Virus record (IMG/VR): IMGVR_UViG_3300048999_000082
Coordinates: 1-54,079 of that record
Reading direction: 5' to 3' (one strand)
Length of the DNA: 54,079 nt
Source: a virus
Taxonomy: Duplodnaviria; Caudoviricetes
The notes below the pieces were generated by a model. It was given only the letters and a program-made list of their open reading frames with translations, was not told the origin of the DNA and did no database searches. A program made the translations under genes and the position numbers. How positions within the stretch are numbered: position 1 is the stretch's first letter; every line of letters begins with the position of its first letter. Below, piece after piece: positions 35,951 to 46,305 of the stretch.

Positions 35951-36335
35951 GTTTTCTGTAATGCATGGACAGGATCAAGTGCCCAAACAACAGTGACATA
36001 ACCGAGAAGGGAGCCCCCACCGAAATTAATCCGGTGATTGCAGCCGACACGATGACACCCGTCCACGCGGCCCACAAGCAACCGGCGATAAGATGGGAGA
36101 TGTTTTGCAGTTTATGCACAACCAACGTCGCCAACACCAAAGCGCCGGCGACCATAAAAAACCATCCCCACAGGGTTAAAGGCAACACCAATGTTGCTGC
36201 ACGCAACGCACCAGATGTTGCCCTGTCGGGGATAAAAGCGTATGACAGTCCGATCAGCATAGCGACCACACCGTACAGAAATGAAAACAATTCAGCCAGG
36301 GTGTGGAAAACGCGCTTGGTGTCATCACTTGACAT
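35928..36335 (-). CDS. four-TM membrane protein (lysis cassette)
   Basis: Four hydrophobic helices. Confidence 0.75.
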   Translation of the reverse strand: MSSDDTKRVFHTLAELFSFLYGVVAMLIGLSYAFIPDRATSGALRAATLVLPLTLWGWFFMVAGALVLATLVVHKLQNISHLIAGCLWAAWTGVIVSAAITGLISVGAPFSVMSLLFGHLILSMHYRKRGRGDHG

Positions 36336-37095
36336 ACGTGATCTCCAAAATTGGAGGTGTTGTTGTCGTAACCCCATACCCCCATCCATTCACTCCGACC
36401 CCGTCGCCACCGGCAACCAGCAAACCGAATGCGGCTGAATCACGGAACTCTTCGCCGACCCATGAAGGCAGCGATGTCCATCCCGCCTCGGACGGGCCGT
36501 ACCAACGGTCAGCGATGGGGTAATCCACCACGGATTGCCACACTGCCGGCTGGGTTGGGTTGTTGTGCGTCCCCCAATAGGTGTGGATACCCGCTGGCTG
36601 GTTGGCGTACGCATTGCTGTAATATACCCGCACCCCGGTAATTTCAGCGCCGACGAGTTGGGTTTGAATATCAGCCCAATCAAAACCAATCAACGCCGCG
36701 TTATTTCCCAGGATCCCGACGTAATTACCGATCCACAACCGTTCTGGATAATCTGCACGGGCCGATCCGTCATCTTGATATGACTGTGACCAGTTCGCCA
36801 CCCATTGATTCCGTAGTGTTGTACCGCCCGAGGGACGAACAGGTTTCGGTGTTCCGGATGTACCCGATCCCGGCACGGCCACCGCTGCCCATTCTTTGAT
36901 GGTTCCGTCATATAGACGAACTCGCAAACGCCCATCGGCGAATACCCAGATGTTCCCCGGTTGGGTGGGGTCGGGGTCCGTATCCAAGATAGGCACCACG
37001 GTTTGTTTTTGCAGTAACGCATTAACCTGTTGACGTAACAACGTAAGTTCCGTCGTCAATTTGTCATTGGGGTCTTTACGAAAGCCGCCGGTCAT
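36325..37095 (-). CDS. minor tail protein
   Basis: Position; beta-rich C-terminal domain ending PILEITYVK. Confidence 0.8.
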   Translation of the reverse strand: MTGGFRKDPNDKLTTELTLLRQQVNALLQKQTVVPILDTDPDPTQPGNIWVFADGRLRVRLYDGTIKEWAAVAVPGSGTSGTPKPVRPSGGTTLRNQWVANWSQSYQDDGSARADYPERLWIGNYVGILGNNAALIGFDWADIQTQLVGAEITGVRVYYSNAYANQPAGIHTYWGTHNNPTQPAVWQSVVDYPIADRWYGPSEAGWTSLPSWVGEEFRDSAAFGLLVAGGDGVGVNGWGYGVTTTTPPILEITYVK

Positions 37096-38234
37096 GACAC
37101 TGCATCCGCATCAGGCAATTTCAGGTCAGACAGGTCAACCGTGATGGACATGGATTCCCCATGCGTACGGAAGAACGGCGAGATAGACCGATCGACAATA
37201 CGCGCTGAAGGAACATCAATGTCCAGCCACAAATCCTTGATGACAATTCGAGCACGGTCACCAGACCCATATGCCCATGTCGCCGGGTTATCAGGTTTAA
37301 CCGCCAACGTAATCTGATCAAACGGCTCGGCCAATACCAAACGTTCGGCCTGGGCATGATCATGCAACGTCAGCGGATTGGTGACCGATGAATAACTCGA
37401 TGATTTCTCGGTCAACAACCGCTGGTTGGCCAATACCATCGGATCGGTATCCACGGACGCTGCTTGATCGGGGGGAGAACCAGCCCCGGTTGCCCACACC
37501 CGTGTTCGCCGGTCCGCGATGTTCGCCGCCGGGTTACCGAAGTTCAAGATATTTCCACCCCCCGCCGGGTCGAATTCGAAATACAGGTTTGTCGCGTCGG
37601 TCTTCCGTTCCGGGTACCAGTACCGGGCGAACAGATACACTGGCAATCCATCAACGTTCCGGGGTTCTATCGTCCAATCAAAACCTTTCGATCGATTGGA
37701 CATTGTGTCGATAAGATCCCCGGCGTATTTGAAATCAAACCCCTGTACGTTCAGATCCCGCAACACACCAGTGACCAACGCGGTCGCCGCCTGAAACGTC
37801 AATTCCGCACCAGGCCCACCCGTCGCATACGCCATCAGTTGTGTGGCAATAATCGTTTGTTCAATCTGCGACCAACTGTACGTGACATCCGTGATGTTTC
37901 CGGATGCGACACCGTTGGGGCGAAGAAACAAATTGTAGATGTAAGATTTCACGTGGGTATATGCGAGATCCAACGTGGACGATGTAGAATCCCACGACCA
38001 TGACGAAGGCAACCCCGCCCACACCGGTTGGTCATCCGCCCGTACAACGATGATTGTTTTTTCTTGATCAACGCATGCACGGACCGTGTCAAGATTTGAC
38101 GTCTTGACAATAACCTTGCCTTTCAATGCACCGACACCTTCCACCGGATCATTGAAAGTCACGTCAAACAATTCGGCGTTTCCCACCGTCGCCATGGTCA
38201 GCGCATCGTGGAATGTGTAGGTGTAATTGGCCAT
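37092..38234 (-). CDS. minor tail / baseplate hub protein (ReqiPepy6 gp37-like)
   Basis: PVWAG, GFDW.I, YGSGDRA.I.I.D; position. Confidence 0.8.
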   Translation of the reverse strand: MANYTYTFHDALTMATVGNAELFDVTFNDPVEGVGALKGKVIVKTSNLDTVRACVDQEKTIIVVRADDQPVWAGLPSSWSWDSTSSTLDLAYTHVKSYIYNLFLRPNGVASGNITDVTYSWSQIEQTIIATQLMAYATGGPGAELTFQAATALVTGVLRDLNVQGFDFKYAGDLIDTMSNRSKGFDWTIEPRNVDGLPVYLFARYWYPERKTDATNLYFEFDPAGGGNILNFGNPAANIADRRTRVWATGAGSPPDQAASVDTDPMVLANQRLLTEKSSSYSSVTNPLTLHDHAQAERLVLAEPFDQITLAVKPDNPATWAYGSGDRARIVIKDLWLDIDVPSARIVDRSISPFFRTHGESMSITVDLSDLKLPDADAVS

Positions 38235-39364
38235 TACTTGATCCGCACCCCAGTGATCTTGGTGGCGTATCCCTGGTTACCCGCGACACCGTCACCACCG
38301 GCCGCCGTTGATGCCCAGTTACGTTGCCAGAATGTAGCGGTCGCACCGGACGTGAATCCGCGAACGGTCAGGTATTGAATCGTGGCAATGTCGTACGCCA
38401 TCGACGCACCCGACCCGTCAGATTCACCCGACGTGGCACCCGCCCCACCCACTGACGCGATGGCCCCGGACGATGATGCGAACTGTGCGATAGCCCGGCA
38501 CAACCCCCCGTTCGCCACCGTGGTATTTGACCACCGGGACGAGATGAAGAATTGCCAATACCCCGCCACACCAACACCGGGGGTGAGTCGGTTGGAGGAT
38601 GTGATTGACCAGTTCGCGTCCGATGTTGCCGATACGATGGTCAACCCAGCCGCCGTTGCTCCGGTGTTTGTCGATGTAAAATCTGCGTTGATAAACGCCT
38701 CGACATAACCGCCGGCCTGATATGACACCCATGCAGTGCCATTCCAGTAATAGATTTTATTTGTGTCTTTCGCGTATCCGAACGTTCCCACTTCAAGGCT
38801 CGTGGTGGGCAATGCTGCCAGGTTCACCGCAGCCAACGGTTTACCCGGCGCCAACGCGAACGTACGCGTCATGGTGATGTTTGCCGGGTTAACTGTGACA
38901 TCGCCTACGTTGATACGGACGTTGGCAATACGAATCCACCCGCCTGGCCGGAATACCGCATTGATGTCTGAATCCGTGGGTGCAGTCGGGGAACCGGAAG
39001 GTGTACCCGCAATGATGATCCACTGCGCACCTTCAGCCAAGGCCGACGAGCCGTATTGCTTATCAACAATCTGCAAAATCAACGCGTCAATACGCGCCGA
39101 TGCAGACGGCCCAGGCCACGACAACACCTCGGTGGCTGGAGAATAAACGTAATATCCGCCTTGAGAAACATTTTCCTTGCCCAACACATACGCCGCACCG
39201 GCTGCGATATTCACGGTCAACCCAGTACCAGGGGTGACGTTGAAATCTGCCTGTTTGACCACACCTTGGCGGTCAAACAATGTCTTGACCAACCAACGGT
39301 CATTTTCTACGGGTGTCAGGTATCCGGCCGATCCGATGTAGTTCGGCGCGAGTTGCAGTGCCAT
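38234..39364 (-). CDS. minor tail protein
   Basis: LTVNIAAGAAYV, RIDALILQIVD, GTPS.SP.AP, YYWNGTAW. Confidence 0.8.
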   Translation of the reverse strand: MALQLAPNYIGSAGYLTPVENDRWLVKTLFDRQGVVKQADFNVTPGTGLTVNIAAGAAYVLGKENVSQGGYYVYSPATEVLSWPGPSASARIDALILQIVDKQYGSSALAEGAQWIIIAGTPSGSPTAPTDSDINAVFRPGGWIRIANVRINVGDVTVNPANITMTRTFALAPGKPLAAVNLAALPTTSLEVGTFGYAKDTNKIYYWNGTAWVSYQAGGYVEAFINADFTSTNTGATAAGLTIVSATSDANWSITSSNRLTPGVGVAGYWQFFISSRWSNTTVANGGLCRAIAQFASSSGAIASVGGAGATSGESDGSGASMAYDIATIQYLTVRGFTSGATATFWQRNWASTAAGGDGVAGNQGYATKITGVRIK

Positions 39365-39368
39365 TATT

Positions 39369-40223
39369 TTACCTCCATGCCGATACGGCCGTGATGGTGA
39401 ATTGCGCGGTGGGTGTGGGCTCTGTTACCGATAGAATAATGTTGTTGATCCCCGGTTCAAGATCCCACCACACCCCGCGTTTCGTCGCTACGACATTCGC
39501 ACCGGACACGACGGCAGTGTGGTTTTTGTGGTCGATCTCCAATACCTGACCATCGAGCAATGACACGTCAAAAGACAACCGTTCGCCTGTCGTGTCATTG
39601 TTCAATGACCAACCCGTGGTGATCGGCCCGATGATGCGGCTCAATGGCGCGGAGGATACCGTACCGATGTTGTTGATCGTAACCGTGCCCGATCCGGTGT
39701 CCGCCGTCCCCACGTATTGCAGCGGGTACGTACGGGGGTATGAACGGCCCCCATTCGATTTACCCGTGGACGCGGTCCCGGTGGCTGACGTAATGTCCAA
39801 CCCGTATTTGTTTGGGTCTTCGGCCACCACGACACAGGCGAACCGGAATCCTTCCATGACGGGTTGATCGAATGTGATCGGTCCGGACAGTTTCACGGTC
39901 ATCTGCTTCGGCACGGGTTCGTACCGAATCAATGTCAATTCCTGATTGATGGTGATGCACCGGACGATGTAATCCATCACCGCTTCAGCCGAGGGACGGT
40001 CATCGGTAATGTAATACCCGCCGATATTGATGTACTTTTCCTTGGCCGGAAAACGCGGCCCCCACACCGCGCCATCCGATATCCCCTGTTCGGTGATGAT
40101 GACCGATAGATCAGATGTGTTTTTCCACCCGTCAAGAATATCACATTTGATCGGGTACTGACCTGTCGAATGATTCATGATCAGGTCACCGATGGTGACG
40201 GGGTCTGCGTAAATGGTCGGCAT
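39369..40223 (-). CDS. distal tail protein (Dit)
   Basis: Follows the TMP; AEDP.KY, YP.TYP, N.GT, WWDLEPG.N, SAWR. Confidence 0.85.
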   Translation of the reverse strand: MPTIYADPVTIGDLIMNHSTGQYPIKCDILDGWKNTSDLSVIITEQGISDGAVWGPRFPAKEKYINIGGYYITDDRPSAEAVMDYIVRCITINQELTLIRYEPVPKQMTVKLSGPITFDQPVMEGFRFACVVVAEDPNKYGLDITSATGTASTGKSNGGRSYPRTYPLQYVGTADTGSGTVTINNIGTVSSAPLSRIIGPITTGWSLNNDTTGERLSFDVSLLDGQVLEIDHKNHTAVVSGANVVATKRGVWWDLEPGINNIILSVTEPTPTAQFTITAVSAWR

Positions 40224-43200
40224 TAAACCGTCACCCCCGGGATATTCGGAACCGTCGCACCGGACGACAGTTTGTATGAAATTTGCCGGGCGACCTGATC
40301 AGCCACCTGTCCGGGAGACATATTCTGCGGAGCGTTCACCGTGATTGAACCGGCTTCAAACGTCGGACCGATATTCCCGGTCGATCCCAACCCAGAGCCA
40401 GGTGTGGTCCGTACCGGAGCCAACCCAGCCGCGACAACCGACGGCGACACCGCACCAGCGATATCAAATGTCAGCCCATTCAACCGACCGAGTACCGAAG
40501 GGATCATCGAATCAAAGCCATTGATCAATGACTGCATGATCGCGACACCGGCAGATTGCAACAACACCTTGTCTTTTTCCGGTGGACCCTTGGCCTGTTG
40601 AATCAATGACGTCAGATGATTCAACATGCCTGTGACTTCATTGATCTTTGACTGGATACCGTTGATCAAACCCTTGATGATCGATGCACCCGCGTTGTAC
40701 AACAGTGAACCAAGGTTACCCAGTGCGGCCGTGACCTTTCCGGGGATTCCCTTGACGAATCCAATGATTCCCGTAATACCAGACGACACCGCAGTTTTTG
40801 CCGAGTTGAACGCGTTACGGAACGGTGCCGGTAGGGTAGATACAATCCCGTTAACCGTTGAGATGATGTTGTTAATCCATCCGCGTACGGTCGACACGAT
40901 GCCGTTGACAATTCCCGTGATGAAATTCTTCACCGCGTTGAACGCAGTTCGTGTTGCTACGACAACGATGTTCCAGCCGGCAGATATAACCGTACCGATT
41001 CCGGAGATGATAGATCCGATGAAGGTAAATACCGCCTGGAATGCACCCACAACCTGCTGGAACGTTTGAACAACAATCCGTATAGCCAAACCCACTAACG
41101 CGGCAAATAGATTGAACAACGCCACAATGAGGTTAATTTCAGGTTGCAAGAATGTCACCACGGCGTTTACCGCAGCCATGAACCCGTTAAACCCGGCTTG
41201 AACCCCCGGCACCAATGTTCCGGTAATGAAGTTGATCACCGATGAGAACCCGGAGATCAAGAACGTAATGAACCGAACAATAGGCGGTAGCACCACACCG
41301 ATGATGAATGACGCGATCGCGCCCAACACCGTGATGAGTGCCGAGATTATGACCGCCGCTACCTGAATGGCGGGTACCAACGAACTGATAAATAACGTCG
41401 CTAATTGCGCGGCAACCTGAATGGCGATGATAAATGACGCGACAAACGCCCCACCCAACGCCGCGACAACCGGTTGCAATGCGGTCCACAGTTGTTTCAA
41501 TGCGGGTAGCAATTGTGCTTGGAATACTTGCCACGCTTGACGCAATGCCGGAACCAACTGTGTTTGAATCGTATTCCACAGTTCGATCAATGCCGGCTTC
41601 AATTGCGTCTGCCAGGCATTCACAACCTGTGCCCACGCCGCACCGAACGCGTTTTGAATCTGTGCCTTGGCCTGATTCAATACCGGGACAACCTGGCTGT
41701 TCCACACCCCGACCATGGTTTGCCAGATCGAGTATACAAACCGCGCCGCTGCACCTATTGCGGTGAATACCCGCTCAATACCGGACCCGGACGCCTGGCC
41801 ATTGGTGAACCCGGTCGTGATATCCGCGAGTCGTTGTTTCGCCACAGCCAACGCCGTATTGAAACCGGACTGAATATTCGCACCGATCTGGTTAATCAGG
41901 TTGTGGAACGGTACGAAGTTGTTGTACGCGAACACCGCAGCGCCCGCCAACAACAAAATGATTCCGACAGCGATCCCGATTGGCCCCGTTACGGCCGCCC
42001 AGACCGCCGTAGCCGCACGACCGGCCGCGATACCGGCAATGGTGAACACATTCAACGCACCGGCCCCGATGAGCGTTGAGGACCCAAAGCGGATCATTGC
42101 CAACCGCGCGGCCAACAGTGATGCGTTCGCCGCCCCGGCCCGTGCGATCATCACCCCCATAGCCGTGTTGAAAATCGCGATGGCGGTAGCAACCGTGCGA
42201 ATAGCTGTGACCATGATGATGATGCCGCGTGTCAGTAAAATTACCGCAGCGATCCCGGCCGTAATACGCGCCGTCCATGACAGCATGTTGATGATGACGG
42301 CCTGTTGTGCCGGGGTCAGCGCACCGAAACGGTTGATCAATCCGGTGACCGCATCTACCATTTTACGAACCTGGGGAATTAGTGCGGTACCGATGATGAT
42401 GGCCGCCGTTTGGGCCGACCCCTTCATCTGTTCAATGGAACCCTTTAAGGTATCCATCCGCTTCGCTGCAACTTGCGCAGCGGTAATCTTGTTCATCTGC
42501 GCGGCGAGGTTATTGAATCCGGCCGCACCTTGATTGGCGATAATCGCTGCCGCACGAATGGCGTCCGAGCCGAACAGTGTCTGTAGTGTGGCCAATTTCT
42601 GTTCTTGTGTCTGGCCACGCAACGCGTTCTGCAATACCTGTGATACTTGTGCCATTGATTTGATCTTGCCGGTGGCGTCGAAGAATCGGTTGGCGCCGTC
42701 AGATGTGATGATGCCCAGTTCGGACATCGCAGTGGATGCCTTTTTTGTGGTCGGCTGTAGATTCTGCAAGAACGTCTTTAGCGACGTACCGGCATCGGAA
42801 CCCTTGATACCGGCATTGCCCATCGCAGTGATAGCCAACGCGGTGTCTTGAAACGAGAATCCGGCCAGGTGTGCGACCGCACCGACTTGCTGCAATGAAT
42901 GACCGAAGTCCGACACATCGATAGCTGATGCATTCGCAGCGCCAGCGATCAAGTCAGCGATCTTCGGCAACTGCTGGGCTTTCAACGCGAACTGGTTCAT
43001 CGCGTTTGCAGCAATGGTTGCGGCCTGGGGCAAATCAATGCCGCCCGCCGCCGCCAACGCAACCGTTGCGTCCGCCGCGCCGTTCAACACGTCCGATACA
43101 GAGAGACCGGCCTTGACCAATTCCTCCATGGCGGATGCGGCATCGGTGGCGCTGAATACGGTATCCGCACCCAGTTTTAATGCCTTTTGCCGCAATTGCT

Positions 43201-43399
43201 CCATCTGGGCAGCTGATGCATTCGACACCGCACCGACGTTCGCAATGCCTTGCTCAAAATCGGCCGCTGACTTTACGGCCACACCCAACCCGGTGATTGC
43301 CGCCGCACCGATGACGCTGAATGCCTTGGTGATGTCACTCAAACCGTTGAACGCTTGGTTAACGATGATCCGGCCAGTAGCAGTGCCGAGATCAACCAT
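40223..43399 (-). CDS. tape measure protein (TP901 family)
   Basis: FSATDAASAMEELVKAG, GIKGSDAGTSLK, LFGSDA; Ala/Ile-rich aromatic repeats. Confidence 0.95.
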   Translation of the reverse strand: MVDLGTATGRIIVNQAFNGLSDITKAFSVIGAAAITGLGVAVKSAADFEQGIANVGAVSNASAAQMEQLRQKALKLGADTVFSATDAASAMEELVKAGLSVSDVLNGAADATVALAAAGGIDLPQAATIAANAMNQFALKAQQLPKIADLIAGAANASAIDVSDFGHSLQQVGAVAHLAGFSFQDTALAITAMGNAGIKGSDAGTSLKTFLQNLQPTTKKASTAMSELGIITSDGANRFFDATGKIKSMAQVSQVLQNALRGQTQEQKLATLQTLFGSDAIRAAAIIANQGAAGFNNLAAQMNKITAAQVAAKRMDTLKGSIEQMKGSAQTAAIIIGTALIPQVRKMVDAVTGLINRFGALTPAQQAVIINMLSWTARITAGIAAVILLTRGIIIMVTAIRTVATAIAIFNTAMGVMIARAGAANASLLAARLAMIRFGSSTLIGAGALNVFTIAGIAAGRAATAVWAAVTGPIGIAVGIILLLAGAAVFAYNNFVPFHNLINQIGANIQSGFNTALAVAKQRLADITTGFTNGQASGSGIERVFTAIGAAARFVYSIWQTMVGVWNSQVVPVLNQAKAQIQNAFGAAWAQVVNAWQTQLKPALIELWNTIQTQLVPALRQAWQVFQAQLLPALKQLWTALQPVVAALGGAFVASFIIAIQVAAQLATLFISSLVPAIQVAAVIISALITVLGAIASFIIGVVLPPIVRFITFLISGFSSVINFITGTLVPGVQAGFNGFMAAVNAVVTFLQPEINLIVALFNLFAALVGLAIRIVVQTFQQVVGAFQAVFTFIGSIISGIGTVISAGWNIVVVATRTAFNAVKNFITGIVNGIVSTVRGWINNIISTVNGIVSTLPAPFRNAFNSAKTAVSSGITGIIGFVKGIPGKVTAALGNLGSLLYNAGASIIKGLINGIQSKINEVTGMLNHLTSLIQQAKGPPEKDKVLLQSAGVAIMQSLINGFDSMIPSVLGRLNGLTFDIAGAVSPSVVAAGLAPVRTTPGSGLGSTGNIGPTFEAGSITVNAPQNMSPGQVADQVARQISYKLSSGATVPNIPGVTV

Positions 43400-43405
43400 G
43401 CCGGA

Positions 43406-43681
43406 TCACCCCTTTTTCATTCGGTCCGCCGGGTCGGCGAACTTGGGTTTTTCTCCCAGCCATTTTGCAAGGATTAACATCCGTTTGTGTTCCCCTTGCT
43501 CTTTGGTTTTCGATTCGACAGATTCAAGTTCATCACGCAATGCGCCACCGAACACCACGACAGCGCGGTCAAAACAAAACGCAAGCCATTCGTCATGAAC
43601 GCCATACAGTTCAGACGGACGAATCCCCATCGTCTGTGACAGATTGAACGCTTGCCATGTATTCTTCGGATTCGACACGAA
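43406..43681 (-). CDS. tail assembly chaperone frameshift extension (gpT-like)
   Basis: +1-frame ORF overlapping the TAC end: ...RPSELYG...AFCFDRAV...KFADP. Confidence 0.7.
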   Translation of the reverse strand, partial: FVSNPKNTWQAFNLSQTMGIRPSELYGVHDEWLAFCFDRAVVVFGGALRDELESVESKTKEQGEHKRMLILAKWLGEKPKFADPADRMKKG

Positions 43682-44141
43682 ATCGTTCGAGATCCGCTGA
43701 TCCACCCATCGCCCACTGGAAAATGAACGACTTATCTCCATCGTCGATATCGTCGGTGTACACGATCTCGTCATCCCGGTCTTCATCCGGAATGTCTTCC
43801 CACTCACCATCAACCTCAACGCGGTGGTATCGCACGACGGGCTCAATAACGCACTTTGCCGCAATGCGATCTGTCGCGTCCATGATCTCAAGCAACACCG
43901 ACGAATTACTGTCGATTGTTTCTTGAATCTTGGATGGCGGTAATGCCTTGCCTTTTTGGATGGATTCGTTGATGATGGGCATTAGCGAATCGGGGAGATA
44001 CCCCGTCGCAAGCAGATTCTGGACTCCGGGGCGTCGGGCCTTCACGACGTTTCCACTCGGCAGTTCCAGTTGAATTCCCTGACTGGCTTTTTTCCACGCC
44101 TTGGCGCTGGTAACCTTTTTGGGAGATTGCGAGGTTGTCAT
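43611..44141 (-). CDS. tail assembly chaperone
   Basis: Between major tail and TMP; LELPSG, DKSFIFQWAMGGSADLERFR. Confidence 0.85.
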   Translation of the reverse strand: MTTSQSPKKVTSAKAWKKASQGIQLELPSGNVVKARRPGVQNLLATGYLPDSLMPIINESIQKGKALPPSKIQETIDSNSSVLLEIMDATDRIAAKCVIEPVVRYHRVEVDGEWEDIPDEDRDDEIVYTDDIDDGDKSFIFQWAMGGSADLERFRVESEEYMASVQSVTDDGDSSV

Positions 44142-44159
44142 CCGTGTGATCCTCTCGAA

Positions 44160-44714
44160 TTACGAAATTGCTACTGCGGTCTCGTTGCCAACGAAGTCGT
44201 AGATCTTGTCAGCGTTGGTCGCGTCCGTGCTCGGAACCGCAATCGCGGTACCCGAACAGTTGGTCAACCAGAACGAGCCATTCTCCATCGAACCCTTCAA
44301 AGAATCCGACGCCTTGCACCGATACAGCACGGTGTGGAAATCCCCGCCGGATTCAGACATTGCCTGACCCTCGGCCTTGAATTCCGGCCGCGAATCTGTT
44401 GCCTTTTTGCTGTATAGAATCTTGACGGCTGGTGTAGTCCCGGACGAAGTAATCGTTCCGCCCGCCACGATTTTGTACGCGGCCAATGAGATGCCGCCGC
44501 CTTCCAGTTCCCACGACACCGACGCGCCTTTACCCCGCGACGCTACGGTCTTGTCGTCACCTTCCAACGTTTCGAAATCTTCCGACTCCTCGAATGAAAA
44601 CGTCCGAGCCGCCGGAAGATCCACGATGGTGCCGTACGTACCGTCAACCGCCCGCGCTGCCAGTTTCACATCGCGGAGGCCGAACGGCAGTACGCCAGTC
44701 GCGTCATATACCAT
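44160..44714 (-). CDS. major tail protein
   Basis: LPFGLRDVK, LEGDD, GGISL, GGDFH..LYRCK; position. Confidence 0.88.
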   Translation of the reverse strand: MVYDATGVLPFGLRDVKLAARAVDGTYGTIVDLPAARTFSFEESEDFETLEGDDKTVASRGKGASVSWELEGGGISLAAYKIVAGGTITSSGTTPAVKILYSKKATDSRPEFKAEGQAMSESGGDFHTVLYRCKASDSLKGSMENGSFWLTNCSGTAIAVPSTDATNADKIYDFVGNETAVAIS

Positions 44715-44907
44715 GCGTCACCCCTTTTCGATATGCCGGATCCTTAAACCGCTTGGTCTCAATAATCCGGCCGGTGTGTATGTCAAAGCGGTGGATGACC
44801 ACCACTCCTGTTGCGGCTCCGCAGCGATTGGACCGGCATTTTACGTCCAGCAACCCGTCAATCACGCGGCCGAACAAAATGTGGTTATCGCAGCGGAGTT
44901 CAATCAC
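44704..44907 (-). CDS. small Com-like zinc-finger protein
   Basis: ELRC..H.LFG...VKCRSNRC. Confidence 0.6.
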   Translation of the reverse strand: MIELRCDNHILFGRVIDGLLDVKCRSNRCGAATGVVVIHRFDIHTGRIIETKRFKDPAYRKGVTHGI

Positions 44908-45152
44908 GACCGGGTGACCTTGAAATCCGGGTCGGATTCCAGGTACGCCAGTTCCCCGGCCGAAAAATCATCGGTGATCGATCGACCGGCGTTGTCCCAG
45001 TCACCCGTCCATCGGCGAAGTTTGCCATCTTCCACACCAATGGCTTTCCATTCGGCTGCGGTGATCTGGCGAATATCCACCACACCAAGCATGCCGACGT
45101 ACTTAACGGTCGTCTTTCCACTGGTTGCGGTTTCCGCAGTGTTACCAGCCAT
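44904..45152 (-). CDS. hypothetical (virion) protein
   Basis: VKYVG...RQIT..EW; GAGGTGG RBS. Confidence 0.7.
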   Translation of the reverse strand: MAGNTAETATSGKTTVKYVGMLGVVDIRQITAAEWKAIGVEDGKLRRWTGDWDNAGRSITDDFSAGELAYLESDPDFKVTRS

Positions 45153-45561
45153 TGCCCACCACCTCAAAAATCGTTCCGGCTGCGTTTGTCAATGTGTCTT
45201 GATCGAACATATCCGGTGAGTCGTTTTCCCAGATCGCCTCCATCATGTACACGGTCGACCCGTCATCTCGCGTCCGCGAAATATCTTTGGCCGTCAACAA
45301 TTTTTTGCGGACCAACCGCACGGTGGCATCAATATCAACGAACGACCCACGGTCGCGGTGTACCCACACCTCCAATCGTGCAGTGCGAATACCTGATCCG
45401 TCGGCGCGGGTGATACCCCTCAAAAATCCCCCGAACCTGATGACGCCATATGGACGTTCCGGTGTATTCAACAACGCAGATCCCTGTACCCATCGTTCGG
45501 GCGGAATGGCTGCGGTGATATCCGGATCTGATGTCAAAAGTTCGTAAATCAATGTCCTCAT
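45142..45561 (-). CDS. tail terminator
   Basis: IYELLTSD, PERPYGVI, EVWVH; position. Confidence 0.75.
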   Translation of the reverse strand: MRTLIYELLTSDPDITAAIPPERWVQGSALLNTPERPYGVIRFGGFLRGITRADGSGIRTARLEVWVHRDRGSFVDIDATVRLVRKKLLTAKDISRTRDDGSTVYMMEAIWENDSPDMFDQDTLTNAAGTIFEVVGNGW

Positions 45562-45947
45562 GCGCCGAATCCTCCCCGGTCCAAAATCCCGGACAGGTGA
45601 TTCATGACATCCGGACCCATTGCTGCGATTGTTGGCTCAATGATTGCGTACCGTCCACCCCACCGAGTTTCAAGAAAAATGCCGTACGACACCTGGTGGT
45701 ACAAGACGATTGTGTTTTCCAACCCACTACTGATGCGTTGCGCAGCCAATCCCCGGCGCGCGTCACCCGTGCGATCAGTCCACGGTGCGTTTTGCTTCAT
45801 GTAGTTTTCCAGTCGTACGGCAGATGCCTGCATCGACCGGCCAACCCATGAATTCAACCGCGCAGGCAGTGTACGCAGACCCACACCCAGCGTTCCTTCA
45901 TTGAACTCGATGCGGTTGTTGCCGACGCGAATAATAGAATTAGCCAC
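45558..45947 (-). CDS. HK97 gp10-like neck/tail completion protein
   Basis: NAPWTDRTGDARRGL, YGIFLE, YAII.PT. Confidence 0.8.
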   Translation of the reverse strand: MANSIIRVGNNRIEFNEGTLGVGLRTLPARLNSWVGRSMQASAVRLENYMKQNAPWTDRTGDARRGLAAQRISSGLENTIVLYHQVSYGIFLETRWGGRYAIIEPTIAAMGPDVMNHLSGILDRGGFGA

Positions 45948-46305
45948 GTAACACCGCCTCGGCTTTCATGTCGTAATGATGGGTCCGGCGCTGCACCGCA
46001 CGGATGCGATATTCTTCACCGTTGAATGAGAACCAATCATCTTTTTGGATGTCAGCATCGTACAGACCCATCACCATAAATTTTACCTGTTCTTGGTCCC
46101 CGTCATTCGACATACCGATCGGTGTTTTATCGGCTTGGGGAATCAACCGGAACACCTGGTTGGTGACGTTCCCCGACACCATGGTGAACCCACCCGCACC
46201 GTCATTCACCTTAGTTGTTCGCGCCAACAAAATTGTCTCGGCATCGGCATTGATGAACGCCACGGTAATCTTGCGTTGTATTTCCAGTTCAAGCGCGGTG
46301 ATCAC
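45940..46305 (-). CDS. head-to-tail stopper
   Basis: DGAGG, ADIQKDDWF..NGEEYRI. Confidence 0.75.
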   Translation of the reverse strand: MITALELEIQRKITVAFINADAETILLARTTKVNDGAGGFTMVSGNVTNQVFRLIPQADKTPIGMSNDGDQEQVKFMVMGLYDADIQKDDWFSFNGEEYRIRAVQRRTHHYDMKAEAVLRG

